From Octopus sinensis (lineage: Eukaryota), in the NCBI RefSeq assembly GCF_006345805.1, contig NW_021835457.1, positions 62,001 to 126,000 of the forward strand: a stretch of DNA of 64,000 bases, given 5' to 3'. Made by a program: the position numbers and the translations under genes. Positions 38,440 to 50,900 of this stretch are shown here, piece after piece (position 1 is the stretch's first letter; each line of letters opens with the position of its first letter). The notes beneath the pieces were generated by a model. The model saw nothing but the letters and a program-made list of their open reading frames with translations. It searched no databases and was not told where the DNA came from.

Positions 38440-40349
38440 TTCATAGGACTTGTCAGCCGACCTACATAGATAGTGCCAGTGGGCATGAGAATTATCGATA
38501 TACAATTAGCGCTTAATAACCAAGAGAGTGTTCGCAAAATACAGAACAAAAAACAAGAACGAGCATGCAATACAAATTTATGCAAAACCGACAAACGCGT
38601 GATAAATGCGACCATTAGACGTCTACCGATAAAGATAGAATTAGGCTATGTCTTAAACAAAGTGCTGATAGCGCCATTTAAGTTTCCTGCTAATGAAATA
38701 TATATTTTTCGAACAAAAAAGCATTCAGTATTGTGTGACAATATATCGACAAACCCATTAAATATATTGACTTACAAAAAACACGACACACACCTCACCG
38801 ACACAAACCAAAATAAAAATTCAATCTCGGAATTTTAGCGTCTTTATTCTCCTATCGACCGGCAACTGTCACGCAATTCGCTTTGATTTTTTAGATCGCA
38901 AATAACAAAACTTGACTCGATTCACAACTTAAGTCCATAAATGAAGGGTAAGGGTTGTGGTCTCTTATCTTTTAATGACCTCTTGCATTACGCACATCAA
39001 TCATAGTACAACTTGATTCTTATTTTGTATAAATTTGACAATTCTTTGAACTGGAAAATATACTTTCTGTTCAATCATTTTAATAGTACCTCGTCCACTA
39101 AAGTACACCATTGTTTAAACAAATGACCTCGTATTACCTAAATGGTACATTTAATTTAGTCAATTTGAATAAAACTGTTTATATATCTGAATATATAGAG
39201 GTTTACCACTTCCCTCAAAGTGTACTTTACTATATATAATTATATGTCAGGCTATAATTATTAATGCTATTTTTGAGTTTCCTAGTAACTATCCAAATAA
39301 ATTTGTGTTGTAATCGACACTTTTTTGATTTAGCAAACACATTTTTTTAGTCCAAATAATATTTTGTCGATTTTTTGATAAGTATTTTTCATGACTTGTT
39401 TTGTCGATATGAAATACAAGTACAGTAGTTTCATCAACATTTTGACAGTAAATTGTATTTAGGTATTGAAATTCAGTTTTTGATTTCGTTTATTAATGTA
39501 TTATAAAACAATATTTGGTCGAGTCTATGAGTGAATGACAAAAACTGAGAAAAAAAATTCGTCTCAATTTTCGTCTACAAAAGACCGCATAAAATGATAA
39601 AATGTCCAATTCTGAGTGATTGAGACTTGCGGTTAGATATTTCTCTTGTTCCATAATAAAAACACATTTTGTTTAGTCATGTACATTTTCGTTTAAAAAG
39701 ATCAACCAGAATTTATCCGACAGGTTGTAAAATGAATATAGACTAGTGACGTCATAAAATAAAGTACAAAAATCAAAGTTTATTTATTAAACCACATGAT
39801 TGAGAACTGGAAGTAATGCTCCTGTCGGGAAATGGGGTGCCTTCCCAAAAATAAGCTGATAAGTGAATGACTTGTTTAATTTTTGGAGAAAGGCTCTATA
39901 AATGTACATTTGATTAAATTCAAATAAAAGAGTAAAAAATTATTATAAAAAATAAAAACTCCATTTCAAGTCATTGTATATAAAGAATTCAAGATTTAAT
40001 CCAAGTTTCCACATTTCAAATATATGATAGGGTAAATATGATTAACAAATCTCTCAATATATTGATTTAATGATAAAAATGTAAAAAAACTAATATTGAC
40101 CCAATATTAAAGATAACAATGATTTAAAGGTTGACAACATTTATCCTTATCATAATCCATTATCAAACCAACAATTAGAAAAAGGCGAGTGGTAAGCATT
40201 GTTAATCTCCAACTTGGCCAATACAAACTTTTTAAGACTAATTGATAGACAGATTTTAATTATTAGACATACAACTGATGTACGAGACGAACACCCAGTC
40301 TTAGACAACAAAAATAAATGCAATGCACTGACAAAAAAGTAAAAAATAA

Positions 40350-41708
40350 TCAATTCTCCAATCTCCTCCTCTTGTTGATTGTATTTCGGGGATCATCGAT
40401 AGGGTACTCCATTTTCTCCAACTGTTCGACAGGATTAGCCACTTTAACCTCTTCCTCCGAATTATAACAAAGCCGGTGGTGGAGCCTACAATCCATCACC
40501 ATCTCAACCACGGCACATCACACTCCCCCTCATCGTCCGAGTACTCCACCAGAGAATCCAATTTGGCAAAGTTACGTCCAAACTCTTCCCGAATCTTATC
40601 CACCATCGCCCTCCTCAACTTGATTTCCTCCGGCAGTTTCTTCATCTTTGAAAACACGGCAAAATCCTCGTCCAAATCTGCAATCGTCGTGGAAGGAGGC
40701 TTGACTGGCACCTCCACTTTCTGCCGCCCTGCTTCCTTCTCCGACAGCAAAATGAGTTCTCCCCTCAGCTTATTTATCTCCTCCTGCAAAATATCCCTAA
40801 AAATAACCCCAAACAGCCATACACAGTGGTCAGTGCCTTCCTCTTCGGTTCCTCGGGTTCTTCCACCAGAATATCCACAGGTGACTCAACCGGAGGGGAA
40901 ATAACCCTCTCCACCACTTTAGGAATAAAAATCGGCGGAGGACACTCTCCGTCCTCCACAGCGTCATCTCCAAAGGACAAAAGCGAGTAATTCCTAATAA
41001 AATATTCCCAACTGACTACCGGACTCCCCTTGTCTGGTTTATCGGTTCTTCCACTGGCATATTCGGAAGGACTGGCTTATCAATGACGATATCCTTAAAG
41101 GGATTGAGGACAATCTACATTGATGGAATAAACAGACCTCAGTGGACTTAATTCTGTGGAGGATTTCTGGTCTTTCTGTTTTTTTATTGACTTGTCCCTC
41201 TCCGAGTTTAATCATATTAAAAAGTGTATCCCCCGCCACCTGTGTGTAGATATGATAAAAAACTGTTCCAAAAATGGTGTTTTTCTTGTCTAGTTCAGGG
41301 GTGGCTGCCAATGTGAAGAAGAATTGGCTTTCGTTCTGGTTGGGTCCGTTGTTGGCCATTCCGACCAGTCCCCGACGAGTGAATCGCAATCTGCTGTGAA
41401 ATTCGTCCTGAAATAAACGAAGGGGACTACTCGGAAGGGTTTTCCGTATGAAGACTCTCCGCCGAAGCCGGTTCCTGTTGGGTCTCCTCCTTGGACGATA
41501 AAGTTGGGTACAACACGGTGGAATATTGTCTCGTCGTAGTAGGAGAGCATGCAGAGGTGGATAAAGTTGCGAGTGGTCTTTGGGGCTTCTTTAGTCCATA
41601 ATTCAATGTCAATGTCACCCACGGTAGTTTTCAGTCGAACCTGAGTTGTTTTTTTTATATTTTTACTTTGGCGGATGTAGGTGGCTCCTTTATGTAGATG
41701 TTACTCAT
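40350..41708 (-). CDS. CWC27: Spliceosome-associated cyclophilin-like protein CWC27
   Basis: MSNIYIKEPPTSAKV..KTTVGDIDIELWTKEAPK..FHRVVPNFIVQGGDPTGTG..DEFHSRLRFTRRGLVGMAN..SQFFFTL. C-terminus WLHHRLCY..DDPRNTINKRRR. Confidence 0.95.
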
Positions 41709-42023
41709 TTAGTCACTAAATAGGCACCACAAGGGATTACTAATTAATTATTTTATTTAATTAATAATTAAATGTTTAATTAAATAAAACATAATATTAA
41801 TATTTTTCTAATTCAAAAATGATTAAATTAAATTATTATTTAATTAATAGGTAAATATTTAATTTAGTAAAACATAAATTAAAATTTTTCTAATTGAAAA
41901 AAACTAAATAAAATAAAAAATTTTTTATTATAAAGAAAATCACAATTTTCCCTCCTAAATTTAAAAAATAACAGTTTCTTGTGGGTACATAACAACAATA
42001 AAAATAACGCCTGTTTCCTAGCA

Positions 42024-42468
42024 ATGCAAGTTGTGTTATCCACGTCGTATGACTTGAATCACAGACCGGGAAATATCCTCGACAAGTGAATCTTGAAAAT
42101 GTATTTTAGACGAGGGGACACATATTGGTTATCCTCTGGTCTATTCCCCCAAAATATTGTTTTATCAACTCCAAAAAACGACTACATTCCACGTATAATC
42201 CTAGAAGGCTGGGGCAGTATAGTCCCCTCAAATATATTTTAGTCAAAGAACTGCAAGTGTACTCAACCAGTGGCACTGACATTCGAAAAATGGACAGAAT
42301 TTATCATTCGGGTACCCAGGAGTACATTTTGTAGAAATCCCCAAAAGTGAAGGACTTGAAAGGATTGTGATCGACCTACAAAAAGAAGTCAGGATTTTTA
42401 AAATTGAAATAATCGACGGATGGGACAATTCTGTGGCAATTCGGAGTTTTGAGATACATAAAAACTAA
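42024..42468 (+). CDS. IFT25: Intraflagellar transport protein 25 (HSPB11)
   Basis: VVLSTSYDLNHRPGNILD..TYWLSSGLFPQNIVL..FKIEIIDGWDNSVAI matches IFT25 VILATSSDEKHPPENIIDG..TFWTTTGMFPQEFII..FIIVSAFDHFASV. Confidence 0.8.
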
Positions 42469-42590
42469 TTCTTTAATTTTATTTTTAAATAAAAAATTCT
42501 GTTTTTGATTTATTTTTTATAGATTTTTAAAATATTTTATTACTATAGAAATAGTAGAAATAAAGTTCTTGTGGTACTTTTTTATTCGAC

Positions 42591-43299
42591 ATGAATTCTC
42601 GGGATATGCTTTTAAATAGATTAGAGACAGTTACGACAGTTATCGAGAGTAAAGTAAGGGATAGTCCTCACTATCCAGATCGACGAGGAGATTGAACATC
42701 TCGACAATCTCAACGAACAGGACTTACAGGCTATCCGTCAACGTCGCCTTCAACAACTAAAAGATTTACAAAAAAAGAAAGAGGAGTGGCGACAAAACGG
42801 ACACGGAACTCTAAATCAAGTCCCTCTTTGAATATATTTAAAGCTGACAACCGAAAAGGAATTTTTTGATGTACTCAAAAAAAGTGAACGAGCTGTCTTT
42901 CATTTTTTCCGCGATTCCACTTTCCGGTGTAAAATTCTGGATAAACATTTGACTATTCTGGCAGCCAAACATGTGGAGACATTCTTTGGCAAGGTGGATG
43001 TCGAAAAGTCTCCTTTCCTTGTTTCCCGCCTTAAAATTCGTATTTTACCGACAATGGTCCCCGTGGTTGACGGAATGGCGAAGGAGCACATTCTCGGGTT
43101 TGACAGTCTCGGTGGGACTGATGACTTTTCAACGGAGATGTTGGAATGGAGACTGGGCTGTGCGGAAGTGATTAATTATGAGGGGGACACTTCCCGTCCT
43201 CCCGCTCTCGTTTCCAAACCTGCCAAGACACTAAAATCTGGAATCCGTCGGACTAATTTCAACCGTGATCCTGACAGTGACGATTACGAAGATTTTTGA
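42591..43299 (+). CDS. TXNDC9: Thioredoxin domain-containing protein 9 (phosducin-like PhLP3)
   Basis: IDEEIEHLDNL..IRQRRLQQLK..EWRQNGHG..EKEFFDVLKKSERAVFHFFRDSTFRCKILDKHL..EKSPFLVSRLKIRILPT..GFDSLGGTDDFSTEMLEWRLG. Confidence 0.93.
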
Positions 43300-44274
43300 T
43301 TGTTTTTTTCATTTCTAATGGTCGTTTCTATTAAACTTGCTTATTAGTATTTATTTGTTAATTGGTCAAAGTTGGTGTTTTTGATTTGTATATTGGCTAC
43401 AAAAACGGTATTGAGATGGTTCACACATTATGGATAGAGTTGGATTATTTCTTTGTTTGATATGCTTTTAAGACGAGAATATCTTTTTCAATTCAGCGGA
43501 TCAAACTGTTTGCGGAATCAGATAAAAGTCTGAGATGGACCAAGACTTGAGAAAAGTTAAGAAACTTGGATCTCACGAACAAGACATGATTATGCAAAAA
43601 ACAGCTGCAAACAGTGCAGCCTAAAGGAAAATGGTTTAAAGCACAAAGAACTCAGTACATAATCTCGTCTATAACGCCGAAGCATAGGGACTTTCTGATA
43701 CGGACAATTTAAACTAATATAGTTCTATAGAGATCAACTTCGGCGTACTCTAGCCTCCTGTGGACGCCTAGTATTTTTGGGAAGATTAAAAAGAGTAAAT
43801 GAGTGTATCACGCCACGAGAAACCCGAATTTCACATTTTTTGTATATTAACTTTCTGAGTTTAATTTATTTTATTGTTTTCAAAATTAATTTACTAGCTA
43901 TCTTTTCACGTCCTTATTGTTTTAAAAAAAAATTTACTATCATAATGGTAGAGGAGCAATTGTGTACTGATTGTAAAGGAATAATTAATAATTTTTGTCA
44001 AAATAATTAGTCAGATAACATTGAAGATTTAGTATAAATAGGACGATCCGAAATAATCGGAATATTCAAATGGTTAAAAACTTATTTTAATAATTACAGG
44101 GTGGCATTTGCGGGAAAGGAAATTGCTCAAATAATTGTTTGAATTCATCAGTTTCGGGAGACAGTTTTATATTCTTATACAAAAAAAATCAACTTTTTTT
44201 GAAAGACGTTGGTCAAAAACAAATTTCAGTATCAGTAGAAATTATAGCATAAAACATTAACTACTTTTAGAAAT

Positions 44275-44790
44275 ATGTATATTGAGAACTTTAAATACAT
44301 CAGATTGCTTGAGCGGGGAAATTTCGGAAATGTATGGAATACATACAATAATAATTTATTTAGGTATCTTTGCATAAATACAAAAAAGATGGGAAATTAT
44401 ATGCCATCAAGGAAGAAGAGCGGGAAAACACCGAATTACAATGAATGAGGCTAGAAGAAACGAAGAGTTTTTAATTTTACCTTTTATTTTGTAGTTTCCA
44501 TTTCTTGGTCAAAACTACAATGCTGTTATAAAAGCAATACTTAATAAAGAACCTGATTATTTTTTACTCGAACTCCACTTTTCCGAAATAATGAATTGTA
44601 AAACAATAGATATTCTGAAAAAAGTGATGTCGATTTTATATTCTAGTTGTTTGTCAAAAATCCGAAAAAGCGTCTTGGTAGTTCGCAAAACGGAATTGCT
44701 GACATCATCATCCATCTTTTTTTAAGGTACCCACATTAGCCAAGACAAGTTTCATTATAGATGATGGACATAAAAGCTATCCGTACAAAA
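44275..44790 (+). pseudogene. Degenerate AGC-type protein kinase fragment
   Basis: ENFKYIRLLERGNFGNV | VSLHKYKKDGKLYAIKE (subdomains I-II) and a DDGH-like piece. The remainder is not readable. Confidence 0.45.
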
Positions 44791-44899
44791 ACCATCTTAA
44801 TGATTCCGAAAATACAACAACCACATGGGAGTAAACGTTCACTATCCGGGACTTTTTAAAATTAGTTTAACATTGATTTTTGGCATTTTTGATTTTATT

Positions 44900-45300
44900 T
44901 ATCTTTTTTTTCAAAGCGTAGTGGATCAATAGTTTGTTTTTTGAAATATTTTACGATTTCAATGATTATGATTTCAGTATCATTTTTAAACAACCAGACT
45001 CTAATTGAAAAAATAAATAGCAGGCTCACAGGGGTCGTTTTTAATTCTTCCGAAATACCAGGCTTTCTCTGTGAGTAAACAAAGAGTGATGGTCCTAGCA
45101 TACCTGAGGCTTAGATGTTTCCTCGTCTGCAATCTACAGTGGTCTCGAATTTTCGTAATGTTAGTAACAACTAATCGAATATCGTTTCTATAGGCATTTA
45201 CTCTTTTTAATAATGACTTAAAAAATAAAGTACAGAGTGCGTGCTCCAAATGAGGAAACTTATTATTATTAACGCACTTATTGTAGGGCCACAATAATTA
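44900..45300 (-). mobile_element. pogo/Tigger CENP-B-type HTH remnant
   Basis: KFPHLEHAL motif with a degraded downstream frame. Confidence 0.45.
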
Positions 45301-46039
45301 TAGTTTTCATTCCCCACATACTTGTCCAGAGTGAACATTAGGTAGCTATATTATACGTTCTGCCTTACTTGAGCACTCTTTGGTCCTCTCCTGGGGGTAG
45401 ACGACAGGCTGAGAATGTGATCACTTTGTTTCCGCAGAGATCATCCCCTAGTTGTGATTCACGGACATCAACCGGCCACTTCGATTATTCCGTGGCGGGC
45501 AATATCTGCGTATTCGCCTACTTCTGGGTTGAAGGGGTACTCCTTGGGGGTCATTCATTGGTGTACTTTCATGGGGGGTAATTCAGTCTCAAAGTCGGCT
45601 TCGGTCTCTTCTATTATTGTAGATAGTCCGATTTGTTCGATTGGGGGGTCACCGTCTATTTCTTCGTAATCTAAAACTGATTCTTCGATCATTCCTTCAA
45701 TGACCACACGGGAAAGATCTCGAAATATTACGGAACGTCGCCCAAGATAGAGGAAAATAGACCAAACTAATAATTCTTATTATTCCAGTGTTGCACAAGC
45801 TTTTTCATGGTATCGCGAAAGTGCTTAAATAAATTGACATTGATTTCAGTTCTCATAGTTTTACCTTCGACTCGGTTTTATTCTGGGCTTGTGACAAAAT
45901 CAGCAGTAGGTTAACAAAACAGACGAAAAATGGCGAAAGTCAAGTTTGTAACAGCCTTACGTATCAAGTTATACAATGCTTTTGTTAACCCTATACTTTT
46001 GTAAAACAGAGGAATATAGGGAGGGTCTGAGTCTGAACT

Positions 46040-47240
46040 ATTAATTATGTTGAAAAAGACATCTCAATCTCGTTTATTTAAAATATTGTGGAATGAATTG
46101 GGATGCAATTATACATCATTACTTTTTCATACTGAAGTACTGAAGTACAATGGTTGTCACGTGAAAGGGTATTGCATCGTTTTATGTTTCTCAAGAATCA
46201 AAATTTTCAATTTACATAAATTTGGAAAACAATCTTTGTTGACAGAAAATTGAATATTTAGTTTCCATTTACGCGAAACTTAATAAATTTACATTATCGC
46301 GTTAAAGAAAATATCAAACTGTTTTTATATCAACGGCATACTCACGCCATAACAACCTGGACCTGATATTGACCTACGATTAATAAAGCACCCAATATTG
46401 GCAACCATCGTGCGTCCCTGCCTTATAAAGCACCCAATATTGGACGTGGTGCACCCAATATTGGCATATGGTTTTGAGCAGTCCGAACGTCAATATCATA
46501 TCTATCACCATCAGTCTTTCCGTCGTTGACTAAGTGGGACTACAGATATTGATTTGGGTTGGGAGGTGGTTAGCCCCATCACCGTCATGTTCCGTGGACT
46601 CCCTCGTTAAAATACCGGGCATTGATCGGTCGAAACTATGTATATTCCTCTTTAATCAGTGAACCCATGGTTGACTAACCCGAACACCCGATACTGACCT
46701 GTGTTGCGAGGTGGGGGCAATCCCGTCATACTTCGTGGACTCCCGCGTTTAGAAGACCGGGCTCCAAAACCTGTGAATCCTCTATCTATATTCAGTGTCA
46801 CTGTTGACTTAACTCTGGCTCACGGCAGATGAATGGGACGCACGCTCAGAAGAGTTCGGTTGCCTTGCCATCCGTTCTTAATTCCTGTCACTCTCTCTCT
46901 ATGATTACAATAAAAACTTGATTGATTGGCTTCCGTTGATAAAAATAACATTTCAGATAAATTTGAAGACAGTTGAGTTCAAAATTCATTCAATGTTGAG
47001 ATAATACTAGCAAATCTAACATCAATTGAATATTAACATCTTATTGATTTGACATTAGAATACAATTCAAAACAGATTTATAAAGATGACCTTTTTAATT
47101 TTTGGAGAACATACATCTCAAAATATCCAGATGTCTCGAAAAGACCTATACGCACACTTTTACCTTTTCCAACGACTTAATTATGGGGTTTTCAATATTG
47201 ACAGTTGTCAACAATAACTTCAACCATTACACAACTATGG
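46040..47240 (+). mobile_element. hAT/Buster transposase remnant interrupted by the 46330-46939 insertion
   Basis: SRLFKILWNELG..LLFHTEV on the left. HLIDLT..LFNFW..YPDVSK..LLPFPTT on the right. Confidence 0.7.
46330..46939. mobile_element. Unclassified 610-bp insertion (7-bp TIR, TA TSD)
   Basis: Ends TA|TCAACGG and CCGTTGA|TA. Three CCAATATTGG boxes, about 2.3 diverged ~140-bp repeats, and AATAAA followed by TTGATTGATTG. Confidence 0.55.
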
Positions 47241-47299
47241 TATGATAAAAATTGCCTCAATGTTCACATTAAATTTTTTTTGGTTATAATAATTTAATT

Positions 47300-47985
47300 G
47301 GAAGGGTTCCGCAGAAAAAATAAAAGGTCAGAAGGGCTAAAATGGTTAGATATGATATTAAAGGAACGCTTCCGAAGCATGGATTTTCCTTTAGCATGCG
47401 CTACTTTTAGCATCATTCCAAGTAGCATATGAAGTTGCAAAATCGAAGAAGCCGCATACTATTGCCGAGACTATTTCCGAGACGCCTCACGAAAATTGCA
47501 GCAGATTCCTTTGTCAAATAATTCTATCCGGGATAGAATTAAAGATGGATGATAGAAACGAGGTTAAAGACGATTTGATTGAATTGCAAACATCTAAATC
47601 ACTGAAAATACGACTAAATTCTTTGGAGGTTTTTTGGTGCGGTTTGCAAGCAGGGTTACCGAAACTTGCAAAGAAAGCACTGTAAGTTCTGATACCATTT
47701 GCAACAACTTGACTATGTGAATCTGGATTGTCATCTCTACTATATATAAAAAATAAAAACAGAAACTCTCTTAGTCCTGAAAACGATCTCAGAATTGCAC
47801 TAGCAAACAAAAAACCGCGTTTAAAAGAATTAATTAAGATTAAAAGACAAGAAAAATCTCAAGAAACCTAAATAATTTTTTAAATGATTTTTTTAATAAA
47901 ATTCTCTGTTAGATTTAAAAACTGGGGTGCCAGGTTAGCTTTAAAATTTTTGGATTCCGAACTCAAAACTAATCGGGAAGCACTG
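47300..47985 (+). mobile_element. Internally deleted hAT/Buster element, right end
   Basis: QVAYEVAKSKKPHTIAETI joined to LPKLAKKAL..LIPFATT..LCESGLS..ENDLRIAL. Terminus TCGGGAAGCACTG followed by TTTTAGAG (nnnTAnnn). Confidence 0.75.
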
Positions 47986-47987
47986 TT

Positions 47988-50900
47988 TTAGAGCTTCTAT
48001 TTTTAGTTTGATTGATTAAAATTCCAAATAAAAAATTTTATTGAATTGTTTCAATTTTCTAAAAAAATCAATTTTGTACTTCGTTATACTGGCATTTATT
48101 ATATTTCCTGACGTTTGTTTCTATCGTATCAAGAGAAGTAAATCCTATGGGCTTTCCTGTTGGAGATTTAAATGCAAGCGCAGGACAATTGGCTTCGCAA
48201 TCTGTCAATGCAATCGTTGGTGAAACTAATTTTCCTTCTGAAAATTCACCGGTTTCCCGAATTGAGAGAGCTATAGAAGAACAGTTGGTAACGTCCAAGG
48301 GACACTGTATTATAATTTAAATCGGTTAAAAATAATCGCTCTTATTTTTAACTAATGGCTCTTGTTCTTACTAATAATTCTTGTTTTAACGGTTTTCAAT
48401 TTTAAAAGTCTTTATTAGTCAAAAACAGTATCAGTAATATCAAATAGAACATACACAATAAATTATGTTACCAAAATACACAGTATGTATTTTAAATATA
48501 AATGAATTATCGGGCGCAGGAAAATTGGGCTTGGGACCGGAGGAAGCCACTGGAAAACTTGTTTGTGACTTTACGGGTGCTAGAAATATACCACAAAATC
48601 CGCTCTTTAAAAGATTCCGCAAACACCTTAATGTAAAAACCAGTGGGCTAAGGATTTTTTCCAGTCAATATAAATAGTTTGCCTTAAAGTTAAAGCAATC
48701 CTGAAATTTTCGTGGTCTTAAATGCTACTAAATTTTCTGTATTTAGTCTTTCTTGTTATACCCTTTAATTAAATATCGCGTTTTTGTTTTGTTTATATTT
48801 ATGTGATATTCTTTCATAGTTTCTATTTTTAGTTTAATTGATTAAAATTCAAAATAAAAAATTTCTATTGAATTGTTTCAATTTTCTAAAAAATCAATTT
48901 TGTCCTTCGTTACTACTGGCATTTATATTATATTTCCTGACGTTTGTTTCTATCGTATCAAGAGAAGTAAATCCTATGGGCTTTCCTGTTGGAGATTTAA
49001 ATGCAAGCTCAGGACAATTGGCTCCGCAATCTGTCAATGCAATCGTTGGTGAAACTAATTTTCCTTCTGAAAATTCACCGGTTTCCCGAATGAGGGAGCT
49101 ATAGAAGAACAGTTCATACAGCTCAAGGGACGCTGTATTATAATTTGAATCGGTTAAAAATAATCGCTTTTATTTTTACTCATGGCTCTTGTTCTTACTA
49201 ATAATTTTTGTTTTAACGGTTTTCAAATTAAGTCTTTATTAGTCAAAAACAGTATCAGTAATATCAAATAGAACATACACAATAAATTATGTTACCAAAA
49301 TACACAGTATGTATTTTTTAAATATAAATGAATTATCGGGCGCAGGAAAATTGGGCTTGGGACCGGAGGAAGACACTGGAAAACTTGTTTGTGACTTTAC
49401 GGGTGCTAGAAATATACCACAAAATCCGCTCTTTAAGAGATTCCGCAAACACCTTAATGTTAAGAACCACTGGTCTAAAGATTTTTTCCAGCCAATATAA
49501 ATGGTTTGGCTTAAAGTTAAAGCAATCCTGAAATTTTCGTGGTCTTAATGCTACTACATTTTCTGTATTTAGTCTTTCTTGTTATACCCTTTAATTAAAT
49601 ATCGCGTTTTTGTTTTGTTTATATCTATGTGATATTCTTTCATAGTTTCTATTTTTAGTTTAATTGATTAAAATTCAAAATAAAAAATTTCTATTGAATT
49701 GTTTCAATTTTCTAAAAAAATCAATTTCAGTTATTATTTGCATTTATATTAAATTTCCTGATGTTTGTTCCTATCGTATCGAGAGAAGTCAATCCTATGG
49801 GCTTTCCTGTTGAAGATTTAAATGCAAGCGCAGGACAATCGGCTCCGCAATCTGTCAATGCAATCGTTAATGAAACTAATTTTCTTTCTGAAAATTCACC
49901 TGTTTCCCGAATTGAGGGAGCTATAGAAGAACAGTTGATAAAATTCAAGGGACTCTGTATTATAATTTAAATCGGTTAAAAATAATCGCTCTTATTTTTA
50001 CTAATGGCTCTTGTTCTTACTAATAATTCTTGTTTTAACGGTTTTCAATTTTAAAAGTCTTTATTAGTCAAAAACAGTATCAGTAATATCAAATAGAACA
50101 TACACAATAAATTATGTTACCAAAATACACAGTATGTATTTTTTAAATATAAATAAATTATCGGGCGCAGGAAAATTGGGCTTGGGACCGAGGAAGCCAC
50201 TGAAAACTTGTTTGTGACTTTACGGGTGCTAGAAATACAGCGATACAAATAAAAAACGGAACACTCATTTTCTCGATTTTTTTCTATTGAATGATTGATT
50301 TATTTTAACAAAAATAGAATTTTTAGAAGACAAACATAACTTTAGCCTTTAAAAAAATAAAAACAACTTATATTTCGGACCGTAATTAAATCCAGTTTTG
50401 TCCAAACAAAATAAAAAAGAGAACAAAACAAAATAAAAAAGAGAACAAAAGAGTTTTTTAAACCATTTTTTATTTTATTACACGTGTTGATTCTTGTTAC
50501 ATGGTTTTACAACTTACATTACAAGAAAAAGCAGAAATTATTACGTATTATAAAGTCGGAAAGTCATATCGGGAAATAAGAAATTTGACCGGAAGATCTC
50601 TGAGTGCCATCTCGAGAGTCATTCGAAACTTCACCATGAATGATTCCTTCCAGAGAAAAAAAGGCTCAGGACGAAGATTTAAACTTAACTCTGATGATCT
50701 CGGAATAATTCAACGTGAACAAAAACTGACGTTGATTTCAATTTTGTAAAATGTTCGGAAATTTTACGTTCTGAAACGGGAACTGCTGTCACATCACAGA
50801 CAGTGAGGAACTATTTGAAAAGACTGAACATATCGACGTTTCAGCCTACGAAAAGGCCATATCTGTCGAAAAAACACAAAAAGACTAGACTTTCTCAGTG

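Noticed and set aside
40486-40499. Apparent 14-nt intron in CWC27
   Set aside because: An upstream GT gives a 23-nt intron (40486-40508) in the same phase, which fits both the protein alignment and the local intron size.
45370-45760. Possible LTR-retrotransposon integrase tail and PPT on the minus strand
   Set aside because: Only a low-complexity acidic frame and a purine-rich word are present. No integrase motif, LTR pair or TSD was found.
46505-46850. Hammerhead, twister or HDV ribozyme in the ~140-bp repeats
   Set aside because: GTCGAAAC and GAGGG words occur, but CTGANGA and the required helices could not be completed on either strand.
48527-48540. Twister-ribozyme-like CCGGTCCCAAGCCC on the minus strand of array module B
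   Set aside because: The P4 3' strand does not pair (CCAA instead of CCGG), and the UAA and GAGGG elements are missing.
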